This document shows, piece by piece, positions 8,900 through 17,810 of a stretch of 64,000 bases of DNA. The notes beneath the pieces are model-generated. The model was not told the origin of the DNA and made no database searches. It saw only the letters and a list, made by a program, of their open reading frames with translations. The stretch comes from an uncultured delta proteobacterium (GTDB lineage Bacteria; Desulfobacterota; Binatia; UBA9968): NCBI GenBank assembly GCA_963771465.1, contig CAVYTU010000015.1, positions 768,001 to 832,000 on the forward strand, read 5' to 3'. The translations under genes were made by a program, and so were the position numbers. Numbering within the stretch: position 1 is the first letter of the stretch; the number at the start of each line of letters is the position of its first letter.

Positions 8900-10185
8900 A
8901 TGCGAGTCGTTCATTATCTGAACCAGTTTTTCGGCGGCATCGGAGCGGAAGAGCATGCCGGCGTAGGGCTGGAATTTCGTGACGGCGCCGTCGGCCCAGG
9001 AAAGCTCCTTGAGCAACAGTTGGGCGACGGCGCCAGAAGTGTTTTTAACCATCGTTTGCGGCGACAACTACGCCGTCGAACATCAAGAAGAAATTACCGC
9101 CGCGGTGTTAAGAAAACTCGGCGCCACCGGCGCCGATCTTTTCGTCGCCGGGCCTTGCTTCGATGCCGGACGTTACGGCATGGCGGCGGGCGCCTTGTGC
9201 GCCGCCGATTCAGTCGGAGCTAAAAATTCCTGCCGTCACGGCGATGAACGAAGAAAATCCCGGCGTCGATCTATATCGCGAAGCGGTCCATATCATCGAT
9301 TCGGGAACGAGCATCACCAAATTGCGCGAAGTGGTGGCGTCGATGGCAAAGCTTGGAAAAAAACTCGTCGGCAAAGAACCGATCGGCCTACCGCAAGAAG
9401 AAGGCTATTTGCCGCGCGGCCTGTTGCGCGATCAGTTGGGTAGCGAAACCGCCGCGGCGCGTTTGGTCAACATGCTCCTGGCCAAAATGCGCGGCGAAAA
9501 CTTCCGGTCGGAAATGTCCCACACCGCGTTTGCGCCGGTGCCCATGCCCGCCGCCATAAAAGATTTATCCAAAGCCAAAGTCATGCTCATCACCGACGGC
9601 GGTTTGGTTCCCAAAGGCAATCCCGATCGTATCGAAGGCACAGCGGCAACGCGCTGGGGCGCGTACAACATCAAAGACAGCGATAACTTGCGCAGCGAAG
9701 ACTACGAAGTCTCCCACGGCGGTTACGACACGCGCTTTGTCCAGGACGATCCGGACCGCCTTGTGCCGCTCGACGCCCTGCGCGAGATGGAACGGAGCGG
9801 CGTCATCGGCAAGCTGAACGATGAATTTCTCTCCACCTGTGGGCGCTCCAATCCACTTTCGAACACACGCCGGCTCGGCCGCGAGATGGCCGAAAAAATT
9901 ATTAGGGAAGGTATCGACGCGGTGATCCTCACCTCCACGTGAGGCACCAGCACTCGCAGCGGCGCTGCGATCACAACGGAACTCGAAAAAGCCGGCATCC
10001 CCGTCGTACAAATCACTTCCGCTCTACCCATCGCAAAAATGGTCGGCTCCAACCGCGTCGTATTAGGAACCGGCATCGTTCACGTCACCGGCGACGCCAA
10101 GCTAGCGCCCAACGACGAAAAGGAATTGCGCCGCAAACTCGTCCGGCAAGCACTCGACGCGCTGCAGTCGAACGAAAAGCGCTAG
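8900..10185 (+). CDS. grdB: Glycine/betaine/sarcosine reductase selenoprotein B homolog; Sec at UGA 9940-9942; two apparent frameshifts (~9035, ~9208)
   Basis: MRVVHYLNQFFGGIGAEE, TIVCGDNY, AGPCFDAGRYG, ITDGGLVPKGNPDRIE, HGGYD, DAVILTST-UGA-GTSTRSGA..ELEKAGIPVVQ..VGSNRV; frame continues to TAG 10183-10185. Confidence 0.9.
9954..9970 (+). promoter_or_regulatory. Putative bacterial SECIS element
   Basis: TCGCAGC-GGC-GCTGCGA perfect 7-bp stem starting 11 nt after the UGA; G at first loop position. Confidence 0.75.
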
Positions 10186-10437
10186 TGGTCCCTGCGAAAT
10201 GACCCCGAGATAGTCGCAAATTGCGGCCACCTGAATTCGCGCCGCTGCTCTCAAGCGAGCCAATGGCGGCAACACTCGACAACCAAAGCTCCGCGCGCTC
10301 GCCCGATCTCTTGAGACCGCATCCATCTCGTTATATGACTGTGCGGACTGCACTTCTCTGTGCCGGGTTGTTGCATCCAACGGCGACGCCTTGTGCGAGA
10401 TCAGTTCCACCAACTTACTGACGGAGGAATCACAAGC

Positions 10438-10938
10438 ATGGCTGCTGAGGCCCAGTACGCAGCGCTACCGGTGAGCATTACGGTCAACGGCGTCAAGCAC
10501 GACGCCTTGATCGAACCGCGCACGCTGCTGGTTTATTTTTTGCGCGAGCATTTGAATCTAACCGGCACCCACGTCGGCTGCGACACCAGCCAATGCGGCG
10601 CCTGCACGGTGCACTTGAACGGCCGCGCGGTGAAGTCCTGCACGATTCTTGCGGTGCAAGCAAACGGCGCTGAGATCAAAACCATTGAAGGTTTGGCCGA
10701 CGGCGACAACTTCCATCCGGTGCAGGAAGGATTTCGCGAAAAGCACGGTCTGCAATGCGGCTACTGCACGCCCGGCATGATCATGACCGCGGTGCATTTG
10801 CTCGAAACCAATCCCAATCCCACGGACGATGAGATCAAGCACGCACTCGAAGGCAATCTCTGCCGCTGCACCGGTTACGTCAACATCGTCGAGTCGATCA
10901 AATGGGCGGCGGCCAAAATGCAGGAGGCCGGAAAATAA
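10438..10938 (+). CDS. coxS: Mo-hydroxylase (2Fe-2S) small subunit, CoxS-like
   Basis: [35 protein letters not shown]; RBS GGAGG before ATG 10438. Confidence 0.9.
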   Translation: MAAEAQYAALPVSITVNGVKHDALIEPRTLLVYFLREHLNLTGTHVGCDTSQCGACTVHLNGRAVKSCTILAVQANGAEIKTIEGLADGDNFHPVQEGFREKHGLQCGYCTPGMIMTAVHLLETNPNPTDDEIKHALEGNLCRCTGYVNIVESIKWAAAKMQEAGK

Positions 10939-10949
10939 TGACGCAAACA

Positions 10950-10994
10950 CTCAAGCTCACAACTTCACGCCTTATACCTCACACCCCATGCCTA
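10950..10994 (+). repeat. Degenerate 7-mer tandem repeat, same family as the right arm of 8815-8883
   Basis: CTCAAGCTCACAACTTCACGCCTTATACCTCACACCCCATGCCTA, ending in CATGCCTA like the 8883 arm. Confidence 0.55.
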
Positions 10995-11013
10995 CTTCAG
11001 AGGGGAGGCGAGA

Positions 11014-11883
11014 ATGTTTCCCGCTAACTTCGGCTACGTGGCGGCGCGCACCGTCGAGGAAGCGTTATTACTTCTGACCAAACATGGTGAAGAGGGAAAG
11101 CTGCTCGCCGGCGGTCACAGTCTAATCCCGGCGATGAAGCTCCGGCTGCAATCGCCGCAGATGTTGATCGATCTCGGCACCGTGCCGGGACTGCGGGGCG
11201 TGCGCGCCGACGGAAATCAGCTAGTCATCGGCGCGCTCACCGTTCACGCCGATGTCGCATCATCCGATCTCGTGCGTAAACATGTGCCAGGGCTGGCCGA
11301 AGCGGCGTCGTTGATCGGCGACGTGCAAGTGCGCAACCGCGGCACCATCGGCGGCAGCGTGGCCCACGCCGACCCGGCGGCAGATCTGCCGGTTATCTTA
11401 ACCGCGCTCGACGCAGCCTTCGTCGTCCAATCATCGTCCGGCAACCGCACCATCGCCGTCGACGAATTTTTCACCGACTTTTACACCACCGCGATCAGCG
11501 CCAATGAAATTCTCACCGAGATCCGAGTACCGCTTCCTGGCGCCCGCTGCGGCACGGCGTATGCAAAATTGCCGCACCCGGCTTCCGGCTATGTGGTCGT
11601 CAGCGCCGGCGTATTGGTCACACGCCAAGCTTCCGGCTCTTGCACCGCCGCTCGTGTGGCGATTGGCGGCTTAGGCAGCGGTCCATGCCGTGCCATCGCC
11701 ACGGAAATCGAGTTACAAGGAAAGCCGCTGACACCACAAATCATCGCCGCGGCCGCAGCGAAAGCCGCCGAAGAAACCGACCCTGTGGAAGATTCCTACG
11801 CTAGCGCGGAATACAAACTTCACGTCGCTACGGTCTATGCGCGCATGGCGATCGAAGCGGCGCTGGAAAGAGCAAGAAACTAA
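11014..11883 (+). CDS. coxM: Mo-hydroxylase FAD-binding medium subunit, CoxM-like
   Basis: LLAGGHSLIPAMKLRL, IGDVQVRNRGTIGGSVAHADPAAD. Confidence 0.92.
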   Translation: MFPANFGYVAARTVEEALLLLTKHGEEGKLLAGGHSLIPAMKLRLQSPQMLIDLGTVPGLRGVRADGNQLVIGALTVHADVASSDLVRKHVPGLAEAASLIGDVQVRNRGTIGGSVAHADPAADLPVILTALDAAFVVQSSSGNRTIAVDEFFTDFYTTAISANEILTEIRVPLPGARCGTAYAKLPHPASGYVVVSAGVLVTRQASGSCTAARVAIGGLGSGPCRAIATEIELQGKPLTPQIIAAAAAKAAEETDPVEDSYASAEYKLHVATVYARMAIEAALERARN

Positions 11884-11898
11884 GGCAATGACCGTGTT

Positions 11899-11968
11899 CG
11901 TGATCGTGGCTCGTGTTCATAAGAAACAAATCTCTCGACAATCTTAACGAGCACGAACCACGATCACG
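11899..11968. repeat. Intergenic imperfect palindrome of TCGTG units
   Basis: CGTGATCGTGGCTCGTGTTC pairs with GAGCACGAACCACGATCACG (2 mismatches). Confidence 0.7.
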
Positions 11969-11986
11969 TTTCTTGAGAGGAAAACC

Positions 11987-14302
11987 ATGTCAACCGAACA
12001 CGAAGTTATCGGACTCATCGGCGCATCGCCCAAACGGGTCGAAGATCCGCCGTTGATCACCGGCAAAGGCTGCTACACCGACGATATCCATTTGCCTGGG
12101 ATGCTTTACCTAGCATTGCAGCGTAGTCCGTACCCGCACGCGAAAATCATTTCCATCGACACGAGCAAAGCCAAAACCATGCCGGGCGTAGAACTGGTCG
12201 TCACCGGCAGCGATCTCAGTGAAAAATTAAATCTCGCGCCGTCGCAGGTGTTGCCGAACATGAAGATCCCGGCTCATCCCGTGCTGGCGCGCGGCGCGGT
12301 TCACTGTGTCGGCGTGCCGGTTGCAGCGGTCGTCGCCAAGACGCGCGCCCAGGCCGAAGACGCCGCACACGCTATCGAAGTGGAATACGAAGCGCTGCCC
12401 GGCGTGTCCAACGCCGAAGACGCGCTCAAGCCCGGCGCGCCGCTGGCGCACCACGATCTCGACAGCAACATCTGTTACACCATGACCAAGAACGGCGGCG
12501 ACGTCGATAAAGCCTTCGCCGCGGCAGATCATGTTTTCACCATGCATATCGCCAGCCCGCGCCAAGTGGCGTTGGCGATGGAACCGAGAGGCGTCGTCGC
12601 GAGCCCCGATCCCTTCGGCAAAAATTTGACCGTGTGGCTGTCGACCCAAGGGCCGCACCGCGCCCGCGCCGAAATCGCCGGCGTGCTCGGCTTTCCCGAG
12701 CATCGAATTCATCTCATCGCGCCCGATGTCGGCGGCGGCTTTGGCAGTAAAGGTCCGGTCTATCGCGAAGACATCATCGCCTGCCATCTCGCGCTCAAGT
12801 TGCGCAAGCCGGTCAAATGGATCGCCACCCGTAGCGATGATTTCATCACCACGATTCAGGGCCGCGACCAGGCGATGACATCCGAAATGGCGTTAAGAAA
12901 AGACGGTAAAATTTTGGGCCTCAAAGTCAAAGTCGTCGCCAACCTCGGCGCTTATCTTCACTCCAGCACCGCCGGTCCGCCGCAGCGCATGATGGGCATG
13001 GCTTGCGGCAGCTATCAGATTAAAGACTGCCGTGTCGAGATCGTCTCGGTGTTCACCAACACCTGCCCCACCGGCCCCTATCGCGGCGCCGGACGACCCG
13101 AGTCGGTATTGAACATCGAGCGGCTGCTCGACAAAGCCGCCGCGGTGCTCGGCATGGACCGCTTGGAAATACGCCGGAAGAATTTCATTCAACCCGATCA
13201 GTTCCCCTACACCACCGGCACCGGCGTCGAATACGATTCCGGCGATTATGAAAAGCCGCTCCGCGAAGCGCTCAAGATTTCCAACTACGACGAACTCCTG
13301 CGCCAGCGCGATGAGCGGCGAAAAAACGGCGAACTGGTCGGCGTCGGCTTCTCGACATTCGTCGAACCGAGCGGCGGCGCGGGCTTTGAAAGCGGCACCG
13401 TGCGCGTCGAACGCACCGGCGAGATCACCGTGCTCACCGGCTCGAGCTCGCACGGTCAAGGACATGAAACTTCGTGGGCGCAAATCGCCGCTGAACTCAT
13501 GAAGACAACCATGGATCATGTGACCGTTCTCCACGGCGACACCCATGTGAGCCAGCAAGGCACCGGCACATTTGGCAGCCGCAGCGCGGTGGTCGGCGGC
13601 GGCGCTCTCGCCACCGCGGCTGAGCGGGTGATCGACAAAGGCCGACGCATCGCCGCGCATTTGGTTGAAGCCGCGCCGGAAGACATCGTCCAAGCCGACG
13701 GCGGTTTTGCCGTCAAAGGCGTGCCCGACAAAACCGTCACTTGGCGCCAGATCGCGGCGGCCGCCTATGGCGGCAGAGTCCCAATGGGAATGGAAATCGG
13801 CCTGCAAGAAACCAGCTTCTTCGATCCCAAGCGCGAAGCCTGGGGCTTCGGCACCCATATCGCGCTGGTCAGTATCGAGCGCGACACCGGCAAGTTCAGC
13901 ATCGAAAAGCTCGTGATGGTCGACGACTGCGGCGTGGTGATCAATCCGATGATCGTCGAGGGACAAATTCACGGCGGCGTTGCTCAAGGTCTCGGTGAGG
14001 CGCTGCGCGAGCAGATGCTCTACAGCGACGACGGCCAGGTCGAAACCGGCACATTCATGAACTATGCGATCATGCGCGCCGGCGACATGCCGCCGATGAT
14101 ACTCGGCGAAACCATTACGCCCAATCCCTTCAATCCCTTGGGCGTCAAAGGCGTCGGTGAATGCGGCACCAACGGCGCCCCGCCAGCGGTGGCCAATGCG
14201 CTGATGGACGCGCTTGCGCCCCTCGGCATCGACCACGTCGACATGCCCTACACCGCGCCCAAGTTATGGGAGTTGATTCGTAAGGCGGAAGGAAAGAATT
14301 AG
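11987..14302 (+). CDS. coxL: Xanthine dehydrogenase-family molybdopterin large subunit (form II CoxL-like, not form I CODH)
   Basis: DVGGGFGSK, active-site loop GPYRGAGRPE, HGQGHET, GTFGSRS, GVKGVGECG. Confidence 0.88.
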   Translation: MSTEHEVIGLIGASPKRVEDPPLITGKGCYTDDIHLPGMLYLALQRSPYPHAKIISIDTSKAKTMPGVELVVTGSDLSEKLNLAPSQVLPNMKIPAHPVLARGAVHCVGVPVAAVVAKTRAQAEDAAHAIEVEYEALPGVSNAEDALKPGAPLAHHDLDSNICYTMTKNGGDVDKAFAAADHVFTMHIASPRQVALAMEPRGVVASPDPFGKNLTVWLSTQGPHRARAEIAGVLGFPEHRIHLIAPDVGGGFGSKGPVYREDIIACHLALKLRKPVKWIATRSDDFITTIQGRDQAMTSEMALRKDGKILGLKVKVVANLGAYLHSSTAGPPQRMMGMACGSYQIKDCRVEIVSVFTNTCPTGPYRGAGRPESVLNIERLLDKAAAVLGMDRLEIRRKNFIQPDQFPYTTGTGVEYDSGDYEKPLREALKISNYDELLRQRDERRKNGELVGVGFSTFVEPSGGAGFESGTVRVERTGEITVLTGSSSHGQGHETSWAQIAAELMKTTMDHVTVLHGDTHVSQQGTGTFGSRSAVVGGGALATAAERVIDKGRRIAAHLVEAAPEDIVQADGGFAVKGVPDKTVTWRQIAAAAYGGRVPMGMEIGLQETSFFDPKREAWGFGTHIALVSIERDTGKFSIEKLVMVDDCGVVINPMIVEGQIHGGVAQGLGEALREQMLYSDDGQVETGTFMNYAIMRAGDMPPMILGETITPNPFNPLGVKGVGECGTNGAPPAVANALMDALAPLGIDHVDMPYTAPKLWELIRKAEGKN

Positions 14303-14330
14303 CTGGCAGGAAATAGGCGATAGTGAAGAC

Positions 14331-14372
14331 AAAGGGGGCTACGGTGTCATACCGTAGCCCCCTTTATTTTTT
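14331..14372 (+). terminator. Rho-independent terminator after the coxSML-like operon
   Basis: AAAGGGGGCTACGGT-GTCAT-ACCGTAGCCCCCTTT followed by ATTTTTT. Confidence 0.9.
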
Positions 14373-14533
14373 CACGGCGTCGATGCTCATACCGAACGCA
14401 AGTGAAGGGAGTCAACTTCTCGCCACGCTCGAAATAACACAACTGCGACATTGACATCCGTCGGTCTCATCGATTATCCCGAACTTCAGTGTCGTCGCGA
14501 ATTCCTGTTTCGGACACCGAGAGGAGATCGGTC

Positions 14534-15502
14534 ATGTCTACACGAACGCTTCTGCCAGTGGTTATTCTCACTTTTCTGTTTTCTAGCGAAGCGCGAGCAC
14601 AAACGACCGCTCCGGAAAAAGTGGTCGTCAGTTATCCGAGCAAGTCGATCACCAACTTTCCGATCCTGGAAACCGGTCAAAGAAGAGGTTTCTATCAGAA
14701 AGAAAACTTGAGCGTGAACCTCGTCTACATGCGCGGCGGTATCGATATTAAGGCGCTGCTCACCGGCGACGCTGACTTTGGCACGGGCAGCACGACGGCG
14801 GTCACAGCGTTTGTTGCTGGCGCGCCGTTGCGCGTGATCATGAGCATGAATTCCTTCGTCGACCAGGCACTCTATGCCCAACCGAAGTATCGGAACCTCG
14901 CCCAACTCAAGGGTCAGTCCATCGGTTCGCTCAATCCCGGCGGTTTGGTCGACACCCTACTTAGAAAAATCATCGCGCAAAACGGCCTCTCACCCGAGCG
15001 CGATTTCATTATTCTCAATATGGGCGGCACGCCCGAACGTTATGCCGCTTTGAAGTCGGGAACTCTCGCCGCATCGATGCTCAGTGCCCCGCATAGCTTG
15101 CGCGCCGAAAAAGACGGCTTTACGCGCATCGCCGTCACGCGGGATTATGTCGACGTGCCCGGAACGGCCTTCGTCGTCCACGCCGACAAGATCAAAAAAC
15201 AACCGCAAATGGTCAAACGATTCTTGCGCGCTTCGTTGCGCGCGATGAACTACATTCGCGAGAACCGGGCGGACACGACGCAGATGATCGTGCGCGAATT
15301 TGGCATGGATCAAGAAATCGCCGGGCTCGCTTACAAACAATTGCTCGAATTACTGAGCGCCGACGGCAAGAATCGCGTTGAAGGTTATCAGCTGCTAGTT
15401 GACTACGCCCGCGCCGCGCAAAAAATCGACCGGCCGATCCACGCCGCGCAGATGATTGACGAAACTTTGCTCGATGAGATGATGCGGGAAGGCGCTCGAT
15501 AA
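14534..15502 (+). CDS. ABC substrate-binding protein, NMT1/SsuA-like
   Basis: Signal peptide MSTRTLLPVVILTFLFSSEARA; GFYQKENLSV, ALLTGDADF, QLKGQSIG; RBS GAGGAG. Confidence 0.85.
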   Translation: MSTRTLLPVVILTFLFSSEARAQTTAPEKVVVSYPSKSITNFPILETGQRRGFYQKENLSVNLVYMRGGIDIKALLTGDADFGTGSTTAVTAFVAGAPLRVIMSMNSFVDQALYAQPKYRNLAQLKGQSIGSLNPGGLVDTLLRKIIAQNGLSPERDFIILNMGGTPERYAALKSGTLAASMLSAPHSLRAEKDGFTRIAVTRDYVDVPGTAFVVHADKIKKQPQMVKRFLRASLRAMNYIRENRADTTQMIVREFGMDQEIAGLAYKQLLELLSADGKNRVEGYQLLVDYARAAQKIDRPIHAAQMIDETLLDEMMREGAR

Positions 15503-15594
15503 AGAAACGAGACAGATAGAGAAATCCGGCGGGAAGAGGCGATCTCCATGGCAAATCTATCGACCGACCGTGCAACTTCTGTTAGTCTTGCGAC

Positions 15595-16035
15595 GTGAAC
15601 TGGCAAGCTAATCTTCTTTCGACCACTGAGCAAATTCGCGACCTGATCAATCACAGCAAACGTATCGCTGTCCTCGGCATCAAGACCGACGCGCAGTCCG
15701 ACCAGCCGTCGGTTTATGTGCCGCAGTACATGCAGCGCGCAGGCTACGAAATCATCCCGGTGCCGGTTTACTATCCGGATGCGACGATGATTCTTGGCGA
15801 GAAAGTTTTTCGCAGGCTTGCTGATATTCCAGGCGACATCGACATGGTCGACGTCTTCCGCCGACCGCCGGACATTAACGCTCACGTCGAAGATATTTTG
15901 GCGAAGCAGCCCACATCAGTTTGGTTTCAGTCAGGCATCCGCAATGATAGCGCGGCCGAGATATTCGCCAAGGCGGGAATCAAAGTCGTGCAAGACCGTT
16001 GACTGATGGTCGACCACCGGCGGTTCGCCGGTTAG
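15595..16035 (+). CDS. CoA-binding protein (YccU/COG1832 family); predicted selenoprotein with UGA 16000-16002 at the conserved Cys
   Basis: RIAVLGIK, YMQRAGYEIIPV, IDMVDVFRR, VWFQSGIRN, AGIKVVQDR-UGA-LMVDHRRFAG-TAG. Confidence 0.85.
16016..16032 (+). promoter_or_regulatory. Putative SECIS element of the CoA-binding gene
   Basis: ACCGGCG-GTT-CGCCGGT perfect 7-bp stem with GU-initial loop, 13 nt after the UGA. Confidence 0.7.
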
Positions 16036-16059
16036 ATGCCATTTAAAATTCCGTGTTCG

Positions 16060-16923
16060 CTACGCCGCCAATTTCTGCGCGTGGAGTTGTTTGGCGATGA
16101 ACGTTTTGATCTGTTCGTAAGCGCGCTCGGTCTGCGGTCCCGGCTTAGCGACCCACCGGTGCTCACTGCCCTTGAATACCTCGAACTCGCAGTCACCGCC
16201 TGCTTCTCGATAGGTAGCGACAAAACGCTCTTGCACGGCGGGCAACACGTTGTCATCTAACTCACCTTGGAGAATATACATCGGCGGCATTGAGACCTTC
16301 TCACCGCGCTCGAGGATTTTCTGTGGGTTGCCTTCGTGAATGCTCTCCCACGGGTTGAAGTAAGTCTTGCTGTTCTGAATCATTTCCGCCCACTGCTTGC
16401 GCTCCGCCTGCTGGTAGCGCGCGAACGGGTCGCTCACTGGCGAGCGCGCCACGACATAGGGCAACGTTGCATCGATTTTGGGCGCTTCCGCCAAAACATG
16501 CGCGTTATAGCGGGGATCATGCGGCCGCAGCGCAACGAGTTCGATCTCGTGGCCGCCGCTCGAGCTTCCCAGTGCCGCGACGGTGGCCGGATCACCGTTC
16601 CATTCCCGCGCCTTCGCTTTGAGCCAACGAACGCCGTAGTTTGCATCTTGCACCGAAGCCGGATAAGGCGCTTCAGGCGCGCGTGTCAAGTCGATGGCGA
16701 CGACGAGCAGGCCGCTGCGCGCCAAACTTTCGTCCATCGGCTGATTGGCGGTTCGGTCTTGATTATTCCAAGCGCCGCCGTGGAGGTCGAGCAATGTCGG
16801 GAACGGCCCGCCACCCTGCGGCTGATAAATCCGCGCCATCAACTGCCGAGTGGGGGTTTTGCGAAACTCGATATCCCAAGTTTTGATCTCGAATTTGTTT
16901 GCAGGATTATAAGTTGTCGCCAT
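16060..16923 (-). CDS. Alpha/beta hydrolase (HSL-like esterase)
   Basis: LHGGAW oxyanion motif, GSSSGG nucleophile elbow, ILQGELDD, GSEH; RBS GGAGG. Confidence 0.88.
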   Translation of the reverse strand: MATTYNPANKFEIKTWDIEFRKTPTRQLMARIYQPQGGGPFPTLLDLHGGAWNNQDRTANQPMDESLARSGLLVVAIDLTRAPEAPYPASVQDANYGVRWLKAKAREWNGDPATVAALGSSSGGHEIELVALRPHDPRYNAHVLAEAPKIDATLPYVVARSPVSDPFARYQQAERKQWAEMIQNSKTYFNPWESIHEGNPQKILERGEKVSMPPMYILQGELDDNVLPAVQERFVATYREAGGDCEFEVFKGSEHRWVAKPGPQTERAYEQIKTFIAKQLHAQKLAA

Positions 16924-17069
16924 GTTTGCTCCCTCCTTAGTTCTGCTAGCCAGAAGAGCGGGCTTCAAACCTGCCCTTTGTTACATTGCCAAAATATTCT
17001 TTGCGCTCTTTGCGATTAAATTCCGCTTCCGGCTTCTCTTGCTTCGTGCCTTGTGGTTAATTCTCTAAC

Positions 17070-17642
17070 TCACGGCATTGCGATCACCTCGCCGACCTTC
17101 CAAATATAAAGCGTGCGCGACTCGGCGTAGTCCGAGGTTCCGTCGGTCGGCGGGCCGACATTTTCGATGCGCGTCGGCTTCCAGTCGTCGATGTCGAAGT
17201 CATGGGCAACGACGCGCGAGCCGGGTTTCAATTTTTGCAGCTTTGGCTTGAGCGCGTTGTTGAACCATTTAAACATATAGAGCGTCACCACTGTCGCTTC
17301 GGAAATATCCACCGTGAGACCGTCCTGGGCGCGAAACTCGACGAGATGACTCACGCCTTCCTTCTCTGCGTTTTCCCGCGCCTTGGCAACTAGCTCCGGA
17401 TTCAAATCGATGCCGACGCCCTTAATGCCGAATTTCTTCGCCGCCTCGATAACGATCCGACCGTCACCGCTCCCCATATCGTAAAGAATGTCGCCTTTCC
17501 TGATTTCCGCGACCTCGATCATCTTGTGCACCACATGCATCGGCGACGGCACGAAAGGAATCGAGTCTTGCGCCAAACTCGCCCGACTCGCCGTCACCAG
17601 GAAGCCAACAACTATAAAGAATTTAGCAACGCTCCTGATCAT
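17070..17642 (-). CDS. Class I SAM-dependent methyltransferase with N-terminal signal-like peptide
   Basis: IPFVPSP, LYDMGSGDGRIVI, GVGIDLN, ATVVTLYM, LKPGSRVVAHDF. Confidence 0.88.
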   Translation of the reverse strand: MIRSVAKFFIVVGFLVTASRASLAQDSIPFVPSPMHVVHKMIEVAEIRKGDILYDMGSGDGRIVIEAAKKFGIKGVGIDLNPELVAKARENAEKEGVSHLVEFRAQDGLTVDISEATVVTLYMFKWFNNALKPKLQKLKPGSRVVAHDFDIDDWKPTRIENVGPPTDGTSDYAESRTLYIWKVGEVIAMP

Positions 17643-17810
17643 GTATTCCTCCAGGTCTATTTTTTCGCGCGCCCCCCAAGGACGGCATTTTATGCCGAGC
17701 CTGCCGCGACTTGTCAATGGCAAAGCATGCTTTCAAAGAATCCTGGACTGGGCAAACTCTTTGGGGTGTGGTAGAGGAGCCGAAGACAAGATCGGACGGG
17801 AGCAATTGCG

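Noticed and set aside
10102-10437. Small ORFs or a hidden grdA between grdB and coxS
   Set aside because: No frame shows the GrdA CxxU motif or a plausible RBS
12893-14236. Long antisense ORFs (also 38000-39001, 19702-20565, 48317-49105)
   Set aside because: Shadow ORFs of GC-rich genes with no motifs
11987-14302. Bona fide aerobic CO dehydrogenase
   Set aside because: Active-site loop is PYRGAGR, not form I AYRCSFR; no coxDEFG accessory genes
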